From assembly GCA_028534125.1 (NCBI GenBank), contig CM052848.1:9672001-9736000 (forward strand): a stretch of 64,000 bases of DNA, in the 5' to 3' direction. The notes beneath the pieces were generated by a model. The model worked only from the letters and a program-made list of their open reading frames with translations. It was not told where the DNA came from and did not search any database. A program made the translations under genes and the position numbers. Each line of letters starts with the position of its first letter. Within the stretch, counting starts at the first letter, position 1. This document shows, piece by piece, positions 63,938 to 64,000 of the stretch. The DNA is from Lama glama (taxonomy: Eukaryota).

Positions 63938-64000
63938 CGATATAATAGTTAAGGGCTCGGTCTTTGGAGCTGGGAAGCAATGGGTTCAAGTCCTAGCTCC
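63938..64000 (+). mobile_element. MIR 5' part (runs off the window)
   Basis: GTTAAGGGCTCGGTCTTTGGAG...TGGGTTCAAGTCCTAGCTCC. Confidence 0.7.

Noticed and set aside
1-64000. CRISPR array or prokaryotic-type system
   Set aside because: No regularly spaced repeats or operon-like ORFs; the repeat content is clearly eutherian.

Overview
Mammalian non-coding DNA, most likely from a camelid (alpaca or camel). The evidence is four copies of a tRNA-Ala-derived Vic-1-type SINE and young artiodactyl/camelid-type L1 3' ends. I recognise no protein-coding gene. The only ORF-track peptides with recognisable homology are decayed L1 ORF1/ORF2 remnants, and all ORFs containing X run across four assembly gaps. 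Much of the window is interspersed repeat: old L1M fragments, MIR/L2, MaLR (MLT1) and MLT2 LTRs, MER21, MER74-like and MER41-like solo LTRs, a Tigger1 derivative, MER5 and MER53. The strongest unexplained signal is structural. The ~15.5-kb block 13919-29471 looks circularly permuted: two halves of apparently one old L1 sit at its two ends in swapped order. Its internal junction carries a 146-bp template-switch inversion bounded by a 10-bp inverted duplication. Other candidates are minus-strand exon-like units (one spliced small ORF), dense transcription-factor motif clusters, a SINE with a duplicated B-box half, and a MER53 palindrome with apparently compensated arms. Repeat family names come from recalled consensus sequences, and most repeat boundaries are approximate. 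I found no evidence of a new protein-coding system.
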